Positions 48,446 through 59,158 of a stretch of 62,763 nt of DNA are shown here, piece by piece. The notes beneath the pieces were generated by a model. The model searched no databases, was not told the origin of the DNA, and worked only from the letters and a program-made list of their open reading frames with translations. The stretch comes from Capsulimonadales bacterium. GTDB taxonomy: Bacteria; Armatimonadota; Armatimonadia; Armatimonadales; Armatimonadaceae. How positions within the stretch are numbered: position 1 is the stretch's first letter; the number at the start of each line of letters is the position of its first letter. A program made the translations under genes and the position numbers. The stretch spans positions 1 through 62,763 of the forward strand of contig JANRLW010000089.1 in NCBI GenBank assembly GCA_033762295.1. The letters are read 5' to 3'.

Positions 48446-49678
48446 TTGACGGAGCGGCATCTGTTGTGCGTTTCACCGTGGTGGCCGTACCCTGCGGACA
48501 ACGGTTCCCGCTTGCGGGTGTTTCATCTTCTGCGGGATTTACGGGAGCGCGGTTTCGTGATCCGGCTGGTCGCCGGGGTGCAGGAGGATGTCCGCGAGTC
48601 CGTTTCTCGCGGAATTCCGTCGGAGTTACGGGCGATCTGTCCGGTGACGGTTCCGGTTCCCTGGGTCTGGTACGATCCGGCGCGGCGCGGACCGGGCGGT
48701 CGGTTCGGCGGCTGGCTGACGTCGACGCCTCGTTCGATCGCGGAGACACGTAATCCCGCCTTTGCGGAAGCGGTTCACCGGCAACTGGCCTTTCCGACCG
48801 ACGCGATCCTGGCGATGGAGATCGGTGCGGACGCCTATCTCGGGACGTTGCCGCCGGGCATACCGGTGATTCTGGATCAGGCGGAGTTTTCGGGACCGGA
48901 GCGGGCGTTCCGAAGCGCGGCGGGCTGGCAGGAACGTCTTCGGCGTTACGCCACCTACCGGAAAGGCGCGGCTTACTGGTCGAAGCGTCTGGCACGGTAC
49001 GACCTGGTGACGGCGGTATCGGAGGCGGAGGCAGAGGCGGTTCGCCGGGTGGCAGGTCCATCGGTTCCGATCCTGATCGTGCCGAACGGGACCGATGTTG
49101 CGGCGTACCCCGATCGTCCGTCGACCGAGCGGATTCCCGGGCAGTTGATTCATCCGGGCGCGATGACGTACGGACCGAATCGGGACGCGGTACACTGGTT
49201 TGCGGAAGCGATCCTCCCGCGGATCGCGGCGAGAGTTCCGGAGGCGCATCTGGTGGTGACGGGGCGTTACGGATCGGAGGATATCGCGGGTCTAAAGGAT
49301 GACCGGCGGATCGTTCTGACCGGCTATCTGGAAGATCCGAAGCCGATCCTGAGGCGTTCGATGGCGGCGGTCATTCCTTTGCGCGTCGGCGGCGGGACCC
49401 GTTTAAAGATACTGGAGGCGTTCGCGGCTCAGGTCCCGGTGGTTTCGACGACGATCGGCGCGACCGGCCTCGCGGTGGAGTCCGGCCGGCATCTTCTGGT
49501 CGCCGATACCGAGGAGGCGTTCGCGAACGGTGTGATCCGTGTATTGACGGACCCGATTCTGTCGGCGGAACTGGCCGCGAACGGGCGTGAACGGGTGAGC
49601 GAACGGTACGACTGGCGGATTTCAGGGGGTGTGCTGGCGGACGCGTTGGACCGTCTGTGCGCCCGGAGGGCAGATTGA
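48446..49678 (+). CDS. Glycosyltransferase family 4 (PEP-CTERM/EpsH-associated type)
   Basis: PYPADNGSRLR, GGGTRLKILEAFA. Confidence 0.9.
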   Translation: MTERHLLCVSPWWPYPADNGSRLRVFHLLRDLRERGFVIRLVAGVQEDVRESVSRGIPSELRAICPVTVPVPWVWYDPARRGPGGRFGGWLTSTPRSIAETRNPAFAEAVHRQLAFPTDAILAMEIGADAYLGTLPPGIPVILDQAEFSGPERAFRSAAGWQERLRRYATYRKGAAYWSKRLARYDLVTAVSEAEAEAVRRVAGPSVPILIVPNGTDVAAYPDRPSTERIPGQLIHPGAMTYGPNRDAVHWFAEAILPRIAARVPEAHLVVTGRYGSEDIAGLKDDRRIVLTGYLEDPKPILRRSMAAVIPLRVGGGTRLKILEAFAAQVPVVSTTIGATGLAVESGRHLLVADTEEAFANGVIRVLTDPILSAELAANGRERVSERYDWRISGGVLADALDRLCARRAD

Positions 49679-51279
49679 GGGAGTACGAGGTGGGGGAAGG
49701 CGCGGAGGGGCGGCGGGCGACCCCGGACCTGACGAGCCTCGAGTTGCAGCGTCGGGCGTTCTACCTGATCCTGGTCTTGCTGACCGGTTTTCTCATCGGA
49801 ACCGGCGTACTCTCGATGGCGCGTGGCGGCGGGTCGGTCGGCTGGCTGGCGGTGGCGGCGGTCGCGTCGGCGGTGCTGGCGATCCTGGTGATCGCTTATC
49901 ATCGTGGGCGGGTGGACAGCCTGTTTTCCTGGCTGATCGTCGGCTTCTTTCTGGTTTGCTGGATCGCGGTCGGCACTCCGTCGGTGGCGGAGGGGCAATC
50001 GGGCGGCGGTTCCAAGAGTCTTTTTATCAGCCAGGCGGGGCTGACGGTTTTGCTCGTTCTCCGGGCGATCGACCTCGTGCTGCGGGGAGGCCGTTCGGAA
50101 GGTCGCGCACCCCTTTTCGTACCGATCGCGGCGTATCTTGCGGTCTGCGTTCTGTCGACGGTTCTGGCTCTTTTGTTTCCGAACGAGGCGGTGACGCAGT
50201 TTTCGATGAAGACGGCGGTTCCGGTGAACGCTCTGGAACTGGCGACCCGATTTCTGGCGCTCGGGGGTCTGTTGATGGTCGGGGCGCGGCTGCGCGGTCG
50301 GGCGTTGCCCTTCGGCGCGGCGGCGATACTGGTTCCCGGTCTGCTGACCTTTTCGGGCCTGTTCGGTTTTCTTTCCTCGTCGCTGTTTACGGTCTTCCCC
50401 CAGATCATCAGCATGTCGGTGCTGGCGGCGTTTTCCCTGTCGGACCCGGGCCGGTTGCGGACGGGGATGCGTCTGGCGGCGGGCGGGGTCGCGCTTTCGA
50501 TTGTCGCGACGTATTTTCTGAAGGGAACGGATTGGGTTTCCGGGTGGGCGGCGGCGTTGATCGCCCTCGTGATCGTCTGCTGGCATCTGAATCGTCGTCT
50601 ACTGGTGGCGGGTGTGGCGGTGTTATTCCTGGTGGTGGCAATCCATCCGGTGTATTTCTATTCGGAGGTGTACGAGAAGAATTTCTACGGCAAGTTCCTG
50701 AAGCCGTCGGGACCGGATCGCGGGCGTGAGTATTCGGCCTTCGATAACGACCGGCTCCGGATGTTAAAAGGCGCGTTTCTGTACGCCGAGCGGTTTCCGT
50801 TCGGGATCGGACCGGGGAATTACCGGGCGTACAACCATTACTTCGGTCGGCCCGAGGTGTGGAACACGACGACATTTACGTCGGCGCACGGGACCTATAC
50901 GCAGGCGCTGGCGGAGACGGGTTGGCCGGGTCTGGCGGCTCTGCTGGCGATTCTGTTCGGGGCGTGTCGGATGATGTTCGGGTACGTTCGCCGGTTCGAG
51001 GCGGGGTCGTGGCAGCGGACGTACGTCCTGGGCGTGGCGGCGGCGTGCGTCGGCACGTTCTTTTCGGCGAGCATCGGGGACTATCTGTTTCCGACCTACC
51101 ACAACGGGGGACTGACGTCGTTCGGCAACTGTGTCTATACGTGGCTGGCGATCGGGGTGACCATGGCGATGGGGCAGGTGTATGGGGGGTCGGAGGAACG
51201 GTCCGTGGAGGAGGAAGCGCCGGTCGCGGCGCGTTGGAGGCGGGGATCGGGTTGGAGCGGCCCGGACGATGGGGAGTGA
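49657..51279 (+). CDS. O-antigen ligase/Wzy_C family membrane protein
   Basis: Many TM helices; DNDRL...PFGIGPGNY...SAHGTYTQALAETGWPGL. Confidence 0.85.
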   Translation: MRPEGRLREYEVGEGAEGRRATPDLTSLELQRRAFYLILVLLTGFLIGTGVLSMARGGGSVGWLAVAAVASAVLAILVIAYHRGRVDSLFSWLIVGFFLVCWIAVGTPSVAEGQSGGGSKSLFISQAGLTVLLVLRAIDLVLRGGRSEGRAPLFVPIAAYLAVCVLSTVLALLFPNEAVTQFSMKTAVPVNALELATRFLALGGLLMVGARLRGRALPFGAAAILVPGLLTFSGLFGFLSSSLFTVFPQIISMSVLAAFSLSDPGRLRTGMRLAAGGVALSIVATYFLKGTDWVSGWAAALIALVIVCWHLNRRLLVAGVAVLFLVVAIHPVYFYSEVYEKNFYGKFLKPSGPDRGREYSAFDNDRLRMLKGAFLYAERFPFGIGPGNYRAYNHYFGRPEVWNTTTFTSAHGTYTQALAETGWPGLAALLAILFGACRMMFGYVRRFEAGSWQRTYVLGVAAACVGTFFSASIGDYLFPTYHNGGLTSFGNCVYTWLAIGVTMAMGQVYGGSEERSVEEEAPVAARWRRGSGWSGPDDGE

Positions 51280-52144
51280 GGGGAGGGACGGAAGGGACGG
51301 CGGGGCGACCCTGGCGGTGATCGTCGTTTCGTGGAACACTCGCCCATTGCTGGAGAACTGCCTTCGGTCGCTTTTCGCGGGGAATGTCGATGGGGGGACG
51401 GAGGTGTTTGTCGTGGATAACGCTTCCGGCGACGGCAGTGCGGCGATGGTGCGGACCTTTTTTCCGGACGTGCGATTGCTGCAGACCGGGGAGAACCTGG
51501 GGTTCGCGCGGGCGAACAATCGGGCGTTACGGCAGGCGGACGCGCGGTACTGTCTGCTTTTGAATCCGGATACGATCGTCCCGGCGGGCACGTTACGGCA
51601 ACTGGTAGAGGTCGCGGAGGCGTCTCCGAGGGTGGCGGCGTGCGGGCCGCTCCTTTTAAACGAAGACGGGTCACCGCAGTTCTGCTGGGCGCGTTTTCCC
51701 GGGGCGGCGTTCGAGTGGTCCGGGCGGCACGATCTTTCGCAATCGCCGTATCCGCTCGTCGATTTTGCCGACCCCGAGCGTCGTTCCCGGATGAAACCGT
51801 TTGTGGCGGACTGGGTCGGCGGGGCCTGTCTTCTGGTGCGGTCTTCGGCGCTGAGGCAGGTCGGCCTGCTGGACGAGGGGTATTTCATGTATACGGAGGA
51901 GACGGACTGGTGTTACCGGTTTCGGGCGGCGGGTTATGAGACGCTGTGCGTTCCGTCGGTGACGGTGACCCACCTGGGGGGTGGCAGCAGTCGTCTGGTG
52001 CCGGAGCGGACGCGGGATCGAATGTACCGGTCGCGATTACGATTTTACCGCAAGTGGTACGGGCCGATCGGATCGCTGGCCCCCTGTTTGATGGCGACCC
52101 TGCGCCATCGGGCGTCGTTGCTGCGGAGCGGTCGGTCACGGTGA
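51269..52144 (+). CDS. Glycosyltransferase family 2
   Basis: VIVVSWN, VVDNASGDGS, NLGFARANN, LLNPD, FMYTEETDW. Confidence 0.93.
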   Translation: MGSEGRDGRDGGATLAVIVVSWNTRPLLENCLRSLFAGNVDGGTEVFVVDNASGDGSAAMVRTFFPDVRLLQTGENLGFARANNRALRQADARYCLLLNPDTIVPAGTLRQLVEVAEASPRVAACGPLLLNEDGSPQFCWARFPGAAFEWSGRHDLSQSPYPLVDFADPERRSRMKPFVADWVGGACLLVRSSALRQVGLLDEGYFMYTEETDWCYRFRAAGYETLCVPSVTVTHLGGGSSRLVPERTRDRMYRSRLRFYRKWYGPIGSLAPCLMATLRHRASLLRSGRSR

Positions 52145-52719
52145 GACACCCTCAGTTACCGGAGATCGAAATCGGTGAGGACTGGCGGATTCTGGAGGTC
52201 GGGTGCGGTCCGAACCGACTGTTTCCCCATTCGACGACCCTGGACCGGAATGCGCGGTTCCGTCCGGATATTTTGCACGATCTGAACCGGACCCCGTTCC
52301 CGATTGCGGACGACCGGTTCGACCTGATCGTCTGCCTGCACGTTCTGGAACATGTGACCCATCTTGTGGAGGCGACGACCGAACTGCATCGCATCCTGAA
52401 GCCGGGCGGCCTGCTCTTTGTCGAGGTGCCGTATTTTACGAGCGTTCATTATCACACCGATCCGACCCATGTCCATGCGTTCACCACGCGTTCGTTCGAT
52501 TACTACGTCGCGGGGACGGCGGTTTCGGGGTTCGAGTATTCGCCGGCGCGTTTTCGGAAGGAACGGGTGCATCTGGTGGTGCCGGGCGACGGTCCGGTGA
52601 ATCGATGGTGGCGGAACTGGGTGAATTCCCACCATCGTATCTACGAGGAACGGCTGGCTTATTTGCTTCCGCGTCACGTTCTGCAGTTTACTCTGCGGGC
52701 GGAGAAGGAGGGTGGATGA
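52141..52719 (+). CDS. Class I SAM-dependent methyltransferase domain protein
   Basis: ILEVGCG, HVLEH, ELHRILKPGG, DPTH. Confidence 0.88.
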   Translation: MRHPQLPEIEIGEDWRILEVGCGPNRLFPHSTTLDRNARFRPDILHDLNRTPFPIADDRFDLIVCLHVLEHVTHLVEATTELHRILKPGGLLFVEVPYFTSVHYHTDPTHVHAFTTRSFDYYVAGTAVSGFEYSPARFRKERVHLVVPGDGPVNRWWRNWVNSHHRIYEERLAYLLPRHVLQFTLRAEKEGG

Positions 52720-53858
52720 AGGATTTGCCGCGCATCGTCCTGGACGCTCGCCCGCTGACCCACCCGCAGACGGGAGGGTTCCGGACGTACGTACGTTCGC
52801 TGTTGACGGGACTTGCGGAGCGGGAGCGGGACGGTCTGCGGGAGTTTCGGTTATTGATCTATACGGATCGTCCGCTGACCGGGGAAGCGGCGGCCTGTCT
52901 GCCGGAGTCCGCAGAGGTCCGAACGCTGGATTGCCGCCGTCTGCGGACGGATTTCCGGCTTTTTGCCGAACAGGTGCGCCGGGATCGTCCGGATCTGGTC
53001 CACGGCACGATGAACTATCTTCCGCTCGGGATCCGGGGTGCGGCGACGGTGACCATCCACGACGCGATGGGGGTCCGGCTCTATCCCTGGTCGTTCCGGG
53101 TGTCCCGGACGGCCCGCCAGTGGGCGATGACCGCCTACTGGCGCGGGATGACCGAACGCTCGGCCCGTCGGGCGAAGGGTATCCTGACGGTTTCGCAGGG
53201 GGCGGCGGCCGAACTCTCGCGGGCGCTGTCGCTTCCGGCGGGGAGTCTGACCGTGGTTTACAACGGTATCTCGCCGCCCCGGACGCTCGACGGTCCGCCC
53301 CGCGCCCACGACGTCGTGTTGATGATGGCCTCGTCGGACCGTCGGAAGAATCCGGAGGTGGTGTACCGGGCGATGGTCGAGGAACGACGCCGATGGTCGC
53401 AGGGAGCGGAACTTCGGGTAGTTTGCGGAGATCGCCGGACGGCGGACCGGGCCGAGGCGGTACTGCGCGAGGGACGTGCGGAGCGGTTTCGCGTTCTGGT
53501 GACGCCGGGCGATGGCGACCTGTCGCGGCTGTATTCGCAGGCGACGGTCTTTGTCTGGTCATCGCGGCATGAAGGGTTCGGGTTGCCGCCTCTGGAGGCG
53601 ATGGGCGCCGGTTGTCCGGTATTGAGTTCTTCGGCTCCGGTGATGCCGGAGATTCTGGGCGAGGCTCCGCGCTACTTCGATCCGGAGTGTCCCGCTCAGC
53701 TGGCGACGGAACTGGACGCCTTGTTGTCGTCCCCGACGGAGCGGGCCGAACGTGGGGTGGCGGGACGTCGGCAGGCGGCGGAGTACTCGTGTCGGCGGAT
53801 GGCGGAGGGGACGGTCGATTTCTGGCGGCGGGCGATTGTCGGGGCGGGGGGGAGTTAG
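52716..53858 (+). CDS. Glycosyltransferase family 4
   Basis: VTIHD, RKN, EGFGLPPLEAM. Confidence 0.92.
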   Translation: MKDLPRIVLDARPLTHPQTGGFRTYVRSLLTGLAERERDGLREFRLLIYTDRPLTGEAAACLPESAEVRTLDCRRLRTDFRLFAEQVRRDRPDLVHGTMNYLPLGIRGAATVTIHDAMGVRLYPWSFRVSRTARQWAMTAYWRGMTERSARRAKGILTVSQGAAAELSRALSLPAGSLTVVYNGISPPRTLDGPPRAHDVVLMMASSDRRKNPEVVYRAMVEERRRWSQGAELRVVCGDRRTADRAEAVLREGRAERFRVLVTPGDGDLSRLYSQATVFVWSSRHEGFGLPPLEAMGAGCPVLSSSAPVMPEILGEAPRYFDPECPAQLATELDALLSSPTERAERGVAGRRQAAEYSCRRMAEGTVDFWRRAIVGAGGS

Positions 53859-55093
53859 TGGCGCGCGCCCGGCTGTTGTTCCTCGCGCAGCTTCTTCCCT
53901 GGCCGTTGATCGGGGGCGGGCAGATCCGTTCGTACTATCTGTTGCGGAGCCTGGCGGAGGATTACGATATTCGTCTGCTTTCCCTGATTCGGCGGGAAAG
54001 CGAGCGTGCGTATCTTTCCGAGGTCGCGCCGTTCTGTCGTCTCGGAGCGGAGACGGTTCGGTTGCGGCGGGATCGTTTGCGGGACGGATGGACGGCGGCG
54101 GCGTCGGTTTTGACGGGGCGTTCGTTTCTGGTGGAGCGCGACCGGGCGGCGGGGATGACGGGCGCGGTCCGTCGGGAAATCGCCGGGGGCGGGTACGACC
54201 TGATCTGGGCGGACCATCTTCCGATGATCGGGTTCGTCCCGGAGGATCGGGGGCGGGCGCGACTGGTACTCGGGGAGCATAATGTGGAGTACCGGATTCC
54301 GGAGCGGTATGCGGAAACGGCGGACGCGTTCTGGCTACGCGCATTTGCCCGCGCGGAAAGCCTCCGGTTGAAGCGGTTCGAAACGGCGTCGGTTCGGCGG
54401 GCGGATTGGACGGTGACGGTTTCGGAGGAGGATGCGCGTACGCTGCGGTCTCTGGTTCCGGAGTGTTCCGACCGGGTCTTTTCCGTGCCGATCGGTATCG
54501 ACACCGGGTATTTCTCGCCGCTGGAGCGCGATCCGAACGCGCGGACTCTGCTTTCGATCGGAACCATGTACTGGCCGCCGAATGTGGATGCGATCCACTA
54601 CTTCCACGAGCGGATCTACCCGAAAATAAAGGCGGAATTTCCCTCCGTTCGCCTGAACATTGTCGGAACCGGTCCGGTATCGTCGATCGTCGCATTAGGG
54701 AAAGCGGATGAGAGTGTTACGGTAACCGGGACGGTGCCGGATGTTCGTCCTTACGGGCGGGACTGTGCGGCGTTTATCGTTCCGCTTCGTTCCGGCAGCG
54801 GAATGCGTGTGAAGATATTGAATGCGATGGCCATGGGATTGCCGGTCGTGTCGACCACGATGGGCGCGGAGGGGATCGACGTCACCCCGGAACGGGATAT
54901 TCTTCTGGCGGACACGCCGGAGGCGTTCGCGTCGGCGGTCCTTTCCCTGTTGCGGTCGCCGGACCGGGCGGAGGAACTGGGGCGGAACGGTCGGCGTCTG
55001 GCGGAGGCGCGGTATTCCTGGCAGCGGGTGGGCAGCGATTTACGGTCCGCGTTGCGGGCGCGTCTGGCCGGGGGCGGAGCGGCGGCAGGATGA
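53858..55093 (+). CDS. Glycosyltransferase family 4
   Basis: LPWPLIGGGQIR, HNVE, GSGMRVKILNAMA. Confidence 0.92.
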   Translation: MARARLLFLAQLLPWPLIGGGQIRSYYLLRSLAEDYDIRLLSLIRRESERAYLSEVAPFCRLGAETVRLRRDRLRDGWTAAASVLTGRSFLVERDRAAGMTGAVRREIAGGGYDLIWADHLPMIGFVPEDRGRARLVLGEHNVEYRIPERYAETADAFWLRAFARAESLRLKRFETASVRRADWTVTVSEEDARTLRSLVPECSDRVFSVPIGIDTGYFSPLERDPNARTLLSIGTMYWPPNVDAIHYFHERIYPKIKAEFPSVRLNIVGTGPVSSIVALGKADESVTVTGTVPDVRPYGRDCAAFIVPLRSGSGMRVKILNAMAMGLPVVSTTMGAEGIDVTPERDILLADTPEAFASAVLSLLRSPDRAEELGRNGRRLAEARYSWQRVGSDLRSALRARLAGGGAAAG

Positions 55094-56304
55094 AGGTCTC
55101 GTTGCGGATACTGTTTGTTCTGCCGTACGTTCCGTCGCTGATCCGGGTCCGGTCTTTTCAGATCATTCGTTCTCTGGCGGAGGCGGGTCACCGTATTACG
55201 GTCGTAGCGTTGGACGACGGGCATATCGACCCGGCGCGGACGGAGCAACTGGCGTCGGCGTGCGAACGCGTCCATGTGGTGCCGCACCCGCGCTGGCGGG
55301 CCGCTTTGAACTGCCTGGGGTCACTGCCGACTCCGGTTCCGCTCTGGGGCGCCTATGCTCGTTCGGAGCCGATGGCGCGGCTGCTGTCGGACCTGGCGGG
55401 AAGCGGACGGTTCGATGTGGCGCATGTGGAGCATTTGCGGGCGGCGCACCTCTGGTCGTCGCTCGGTTCACTGCCCCGTGTGCTGGATGCGGTGGACTGT
55501 ATCGTGGCGTTGCGTCGGCAGATCACGGCGCGTTCGCAGGGAATGCGCTGGCTGGCTTCGGCCTGGGAGGGGCGAAAACTGGCGTGGTACGAACCACGGA
55601 CGTACCGTCATTTCGACCGGGTGGCGGTGACGTCCCGTCATGACGAGGCGGCCTTACGGCAGTCGGGTCTGGGGGAACGGTCGGCGATCGACGTCATTCC
55701 GAACGGAACGGATCTCGGGTATTTTCGTCCGAACGGGGACGGCGGTCCGGAGGGGCGGACGGTCATCTTTTCGGGCAAGATGAGTTATGTGGCGAACGAG
55801 GACGCCGCGCGTTTTCTGCTGACCGAGTTGATGCCTCGTCTCCGGCGGCGGTTTCCGGACCTGGCGTTGATTCTGGCGGGGAGCGGTCCGTCGATGGCGA
55901 TCAAGTCGCTGGCTCGGTCGACCGGCGGGGTGACCGTGACGGAGTACGTGGACGATATCCGTCCGTTTCTGGAGCGGGCGCGTTTCGCGATCTGCCCGAT
56001 GCGGATCAGCGTCGGAATACAGAACAAGGCGCTGGAGGCGATGGCGATGGGAAGGCCGGTGGTGGCGACGCCTCTTGCGGGCCGGGCCTTGCCGGGGGCG
56101 GTGGAATGCGGGGCGCTGCGTCTGGCGGAAAGCGCGGACGATCTGGCGTCCGCCTGCGCGACGTTTCTTTCGGACCCGGAGATGGCGGAGCGTGCGGGTC
56201 GGGAGGCGCGGCGTTACGTCGAGGCGCACCATCGCTGGGAGACGGCGGCGGATCGATTCACGGAGTCGTATTTGCGGGCGATCGCCGACCATCGACGGCA
56301 GTGA
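55090..56304 (+). CDS. Glycosyltransferase family 4
   Basis: FSGKMSYVAN, GIQNKALEAMA. Confidence 0.92.
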   Translation: MKVSLRILFVLPYVPSLIRVRSFQIIRSLAEAGHRITVVALDDGHIDPARTEQLASACERVHVVPHPRWRAALNCLGSLPTPVPLWGAYARSEPMARLLSDLAGSGRFDVAHVEHLRAAHLWSSLGSLPRVLDAVDCIVALRRQITARSQGMRWLASAWEGRKLAWYEPRTYRHFDRVAVTSRHDEAALRQSGLGERSAIDVIPNGTDLGYFRPNGDGGPEGRTVIFSGKMSYVANEDAARFLLTELMPRLRRRFPDLALILAGSGPSMAIKSLARSTGGVTVTEYVDDIRPFLERARFAICPMRISVGIQNKALEAMAMGRPVVATPLAGRALPGAVECGALRLAESADDLASACATFLSDPEMAERAGREARRYVEAHHRWETAADRFTESYLRAIADHRRQ

Positions 56305-56386
56305 AGGAATTCACAGGTGCGGGAATGGCGTATCGGAATGCGGAAACGGTCACAATAGACCGGGGCCTGTTAAAAAGCCGGGGGTA

Positions 56387-57232
56387 ATGGTGGATCTAAG
56401 TTCAATCATCGTGCGCTCCGTGGGATGGAAGCGGTCCTGCCTGCCGGGATCGGCCCGCCTGTTCGCGGCTTCGGTGGCGATTGGCACCGGCGGGTCGGGT
56501 AACGGACCGTCGACCCATCTTGCGGGCGATCGGACCTCGCCGGAAATGTTCCCTCGTCCGGTCTGCGAGCCGTATGCCGGACCGTTGAACCCGGTATTCG
56601 CCCCGGCCTCCCCGGTCTATCTGGCGGCGAAGCGCGGGCTGGATATTTTCGGCTCCCTGATCGGGCTGATCGTGCTTTCTCCGTTGTTCCTCCTGCTGTA
56701 TGTCCTCGTTCGCCTGGATTCGCCCGGTTTCGGGTTCCATCGTCGGCGGGTTCTGGCCCGGCAGTCGCTGGACGGGGGGGCGGTGGAGACGTTCGACGCG
56801 TTCAAGTTCCGCACGATGGTGGTCAATGCGGACCAGTTACTGGAGAGCCGTCCGGAACTGATGAGGGAGTATCGCAAGGCGTACAAGCTCCGGCGGGACC
56901 CCCGTGTCACCAGGATCGGCGGACCGTTGCGCCGGAGCAGTCTGGACGAACTGCCGCAGTTGTGGAACGTATTGCGCGGGCAGATGAGCCTGGTGGGTCC
57001 CCGGATGATTACGCCGCCGGAACTGGCGCATTACGGAGCGGATGCGGCCCGTTTGCTCGCGGTGAAGCCGGGGTTGACGGGATTGTGGCAGGTGAGCGGT
57101 CGTGCGAACATCTCGTATTCGGAGCGGGTGCGGCTCGATATGCTGTACATTGAGCATCGTTCGCTGTGGCTCGATGGCGAGATTCTGCTCCGGACGTTCG
57201 GATGCGTGTTCAACCGTCGAGGAGCCATCTGA
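56387..57232 (+). CDS. Priming sugar-phosphate transferase (bacterial sugar transferase; start uncertain)
   Basis: KRGLDI, FKFRTM, DPRVTRIG..LRRSSLDELPQLWNVLRGQMSLVGPR, KPGLTGLWQVSGR. Confidence 0.93.
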   Translation: MVDLSSIIVRSVGWKRSCLPGSARLFAASVAIGTGGSGNGPSTHLAGDRTSPEMFPRPVCEPYAGPLNPVFAPASPVYLAAKRGLDIFGSLIGLIVLSPLFLLLYVLVRLDSPGFGFHRRRVLARQSLDGGAVETFDAFKFRTMVVNADQLLESRPELMREYRKAYKLRRDPRVTRIGGPLRRSSLDELPQLWNVLRGQMSLVGPRMITPPELAHYGADAARLLAVKPGLTGLWQVSGRANISYSERVRLDMLYIEHRSLWLDGEILLRTFGCVFNRRGAI

Positions 57233-59043
57233 CGTCACCGGTCGGATCGGAGCGCCCGCCGTTCCCCCTGGTTTGGGGGGTCCTTTTTCTGGCGGTCGGC
57301 GTGCTCTGTCTCTGGCACGTCTTCCGGAATTACGCACCGGGCGACCTTTCCGAGGAGGGGATGGACACGGTGCAGGCCGCGCGTTACCTGGCGCGGACCG
57401 GGCGTTTCGGGACGCAGGTGGTTCGTCCGTTGCTGGCGAATGACGCGGAACCGTTCCCGGATGGGGCGTTACCGGACCTCGGTCATGCGCCGCTCTTCCG
57501 GCTTCCGGCGGCGGCGGCGATCCGGCTGTTGCGGCATACCTCGATCGGCCAGGGGGACCGGGAAACGGTGATGCTGTCGGCGCTGTTTCATGCGTTGGGG
57601 ATCGGCCTGGCCGGGTTGCTGGCGTACCGGCTCTTTCGTCCCGCCCGAAGCGGTCTGTCGGCCTGGTTGGTACCGACTGCCCTGATGTTTGCGTCGTTCG
57701 GAACGGACGGGTGGCGGCGTTCGTTGAATCCGACGGCGATCTCGCTGGCCTCGGTCCTTTTCACCCTGTTGCTGCTGGCGCTATTCACCCTGGACTCGCC
57801 GTCGTCGGACGAGTCCGCCGAGACCGGCGCGGGAAGGCGTGCCGGTCCCGGCGGCGTGTTGCTGGCGGGTTTTTTGTTCGGTCTGCTGTTTTTGAGTCTG
57901 TACTCCGCGTTGCTTTTGTTGCCTCCGATCCTGTTTTACGTCTGGCGTGTCGGCGGGAGGGAACTACGCGCCCCGCTTCTCTTTCTGGCGGCGGCGGCGG
58001 TGATGGCGGCTCCGCTGCTCTACCGGAACTGGAGTCTGACCGGTTTTCCGCTGTACCATTCGGGGTTATACGAACTGGTGGCGAACACGGACACTTACGG
58101 GGGGGCGGGTGTTTTTCGCAGCGCCGCGCTGCCGATGCCGATTCCGCAGTTTCTGGCGAACGGCGGATTCGGGCAACTGGCGCGGAAGGCGGCGGGCAAC
58201 CTTTCGGGAACCGTTTCGCTTCTGCCCGGAACCCTCGGGGTGGGGCTTTTCCCGCTGTTTCTGGGCGGTTTTCTGATCCGGTTTCCGGATGCCCGTGTGG
58301 GCCGGCTTCGCTGGCTGGTCGGGGGGTGTCTGGCGGCGCATTTGGCGGGGCTGGCCTTTTTTCACCCGCCGGAACGGATCGCTCCGGTCCTGCTGGTTTA
58401 CGGTCCGTTCATCGCGGCGTTGGCGTCCGGTTTCCTGGTGTCGGTGTCGGTGGCGCGGAACCGTCCGTTGATGCTCGGTCGGGTGACGATTCTCGGGTGG
58501 GTGGCGATCGTTTGCCTTCCCGGTCTCTGGTCGTTCGTCGTGTGGCCTTTCCGCCCGAACCGGGCGACGGTGAATTCGAATCTTTACTATTATTTGAATA
58601 CGGTTTCTCCGGAGATGGAGACGATTCGAACCCGGAGGATCGGGTTGCTGGTGTCGGACGCGCCGTGGGACCTGGCGTTCCGGTGCGACGTTCCGACGGT
58701 CTGGCTGCCAAACGATACGGGGGCGTTTCAGGCGGTGGAGGAACGGTTCGGAAAACCGATCGTCGGTGTGGCGTTGACCTCGAAACTCCGGAGGGATTAC
58801 GCGGAGGATGCGGAGGCGGAACCGTATGTCACGACCTACGACCGGCTGGTTTCGCTGACGACGGTGGCGGCGAAGGTCGATGCGGACCTGCGGGAGCGGT
58901 TGATCGGTCGGGCGCGGGTCTTTTATCCGGCGCGAATCGCGGGGGCGATGCGGGGATTTCAGCCGATGCCGTTACCGGAGGACGACGGGAGCGGCTATTC
59001 GATGCTTTTTCTGAGCCGTCGGGTGTTTCCGGGTGTGAAATAG
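57202..59043 (+). CDS. Polytopic membrane protein, probable GT-C (ArnT/PMT-like) glycosyltransferase; start uncertain
   Basis: TM then acidic loop (SEEGMD..Q.ARYLA..G), APLF, many TMs, PLLYRNWSLTGFP. Confidence 0.65.
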   Translation: MRVQPSRSHLTSPVGSERPPFPLVWGVLFLAVGVLCLWHVFRNYAPGDLSEEGMDTVQAARYLARTGRFGTQVVRPLLANDAEPFPDGALPDLGHAPLFRLPAAAAIRLLRHTSIGQGDRETVMLSALFHALGIGLAGLLAYRLFRPARSGLSAWLVPTALMFASFGTDGWRRSLNPTAISLASVLFTLLLLALFTLDSPSSDESAETGAGRRAGPGGVLLAGFLFGLLFLSLYSALLLLPPILFYVWRVGGRELRAPLLFLAAAAVMAAPLLYRNWSLTGFPLYHSGLYELVANTDTYGGAGVFRSAALPMPIPQFLANGGFGQLARKAAGNLSGTVSLLPGTLGVGLFPLFLGGFLIRFPDARVGRLRWLVGGCLAAHLAGLAFFHPPERIAPVLLVYGPFIAALASGFLVSVSVARNRPLMLGRVTILGWVAIVCLPGLWSFVVWPFRPNRATVNSNLYYYLNTVSPEMETIRTRRIGLLVSDAPWDLAFRCDVPTVWLPNDTGAFQAVEERFGKPIVGVALTSKLRRDYAEDAEAEPYVTTYDRLVSLTTVAAKVDADLRERLIGRARVFYPARIAGAMRGFQPMPLPEDDGSGYSMLFLSRRVFPGVK

Positions 59044-59158
59044 GTGACGTCGTGCAGGAATTTCGCCGCAAAATAGGCGATAATGAACACGGCTTTGAGT
59101 GCGCGCGGTTCCGTCCGGCGGCCTGATTGCCGGCGACGAATGAGGTGAATGGATTCCG

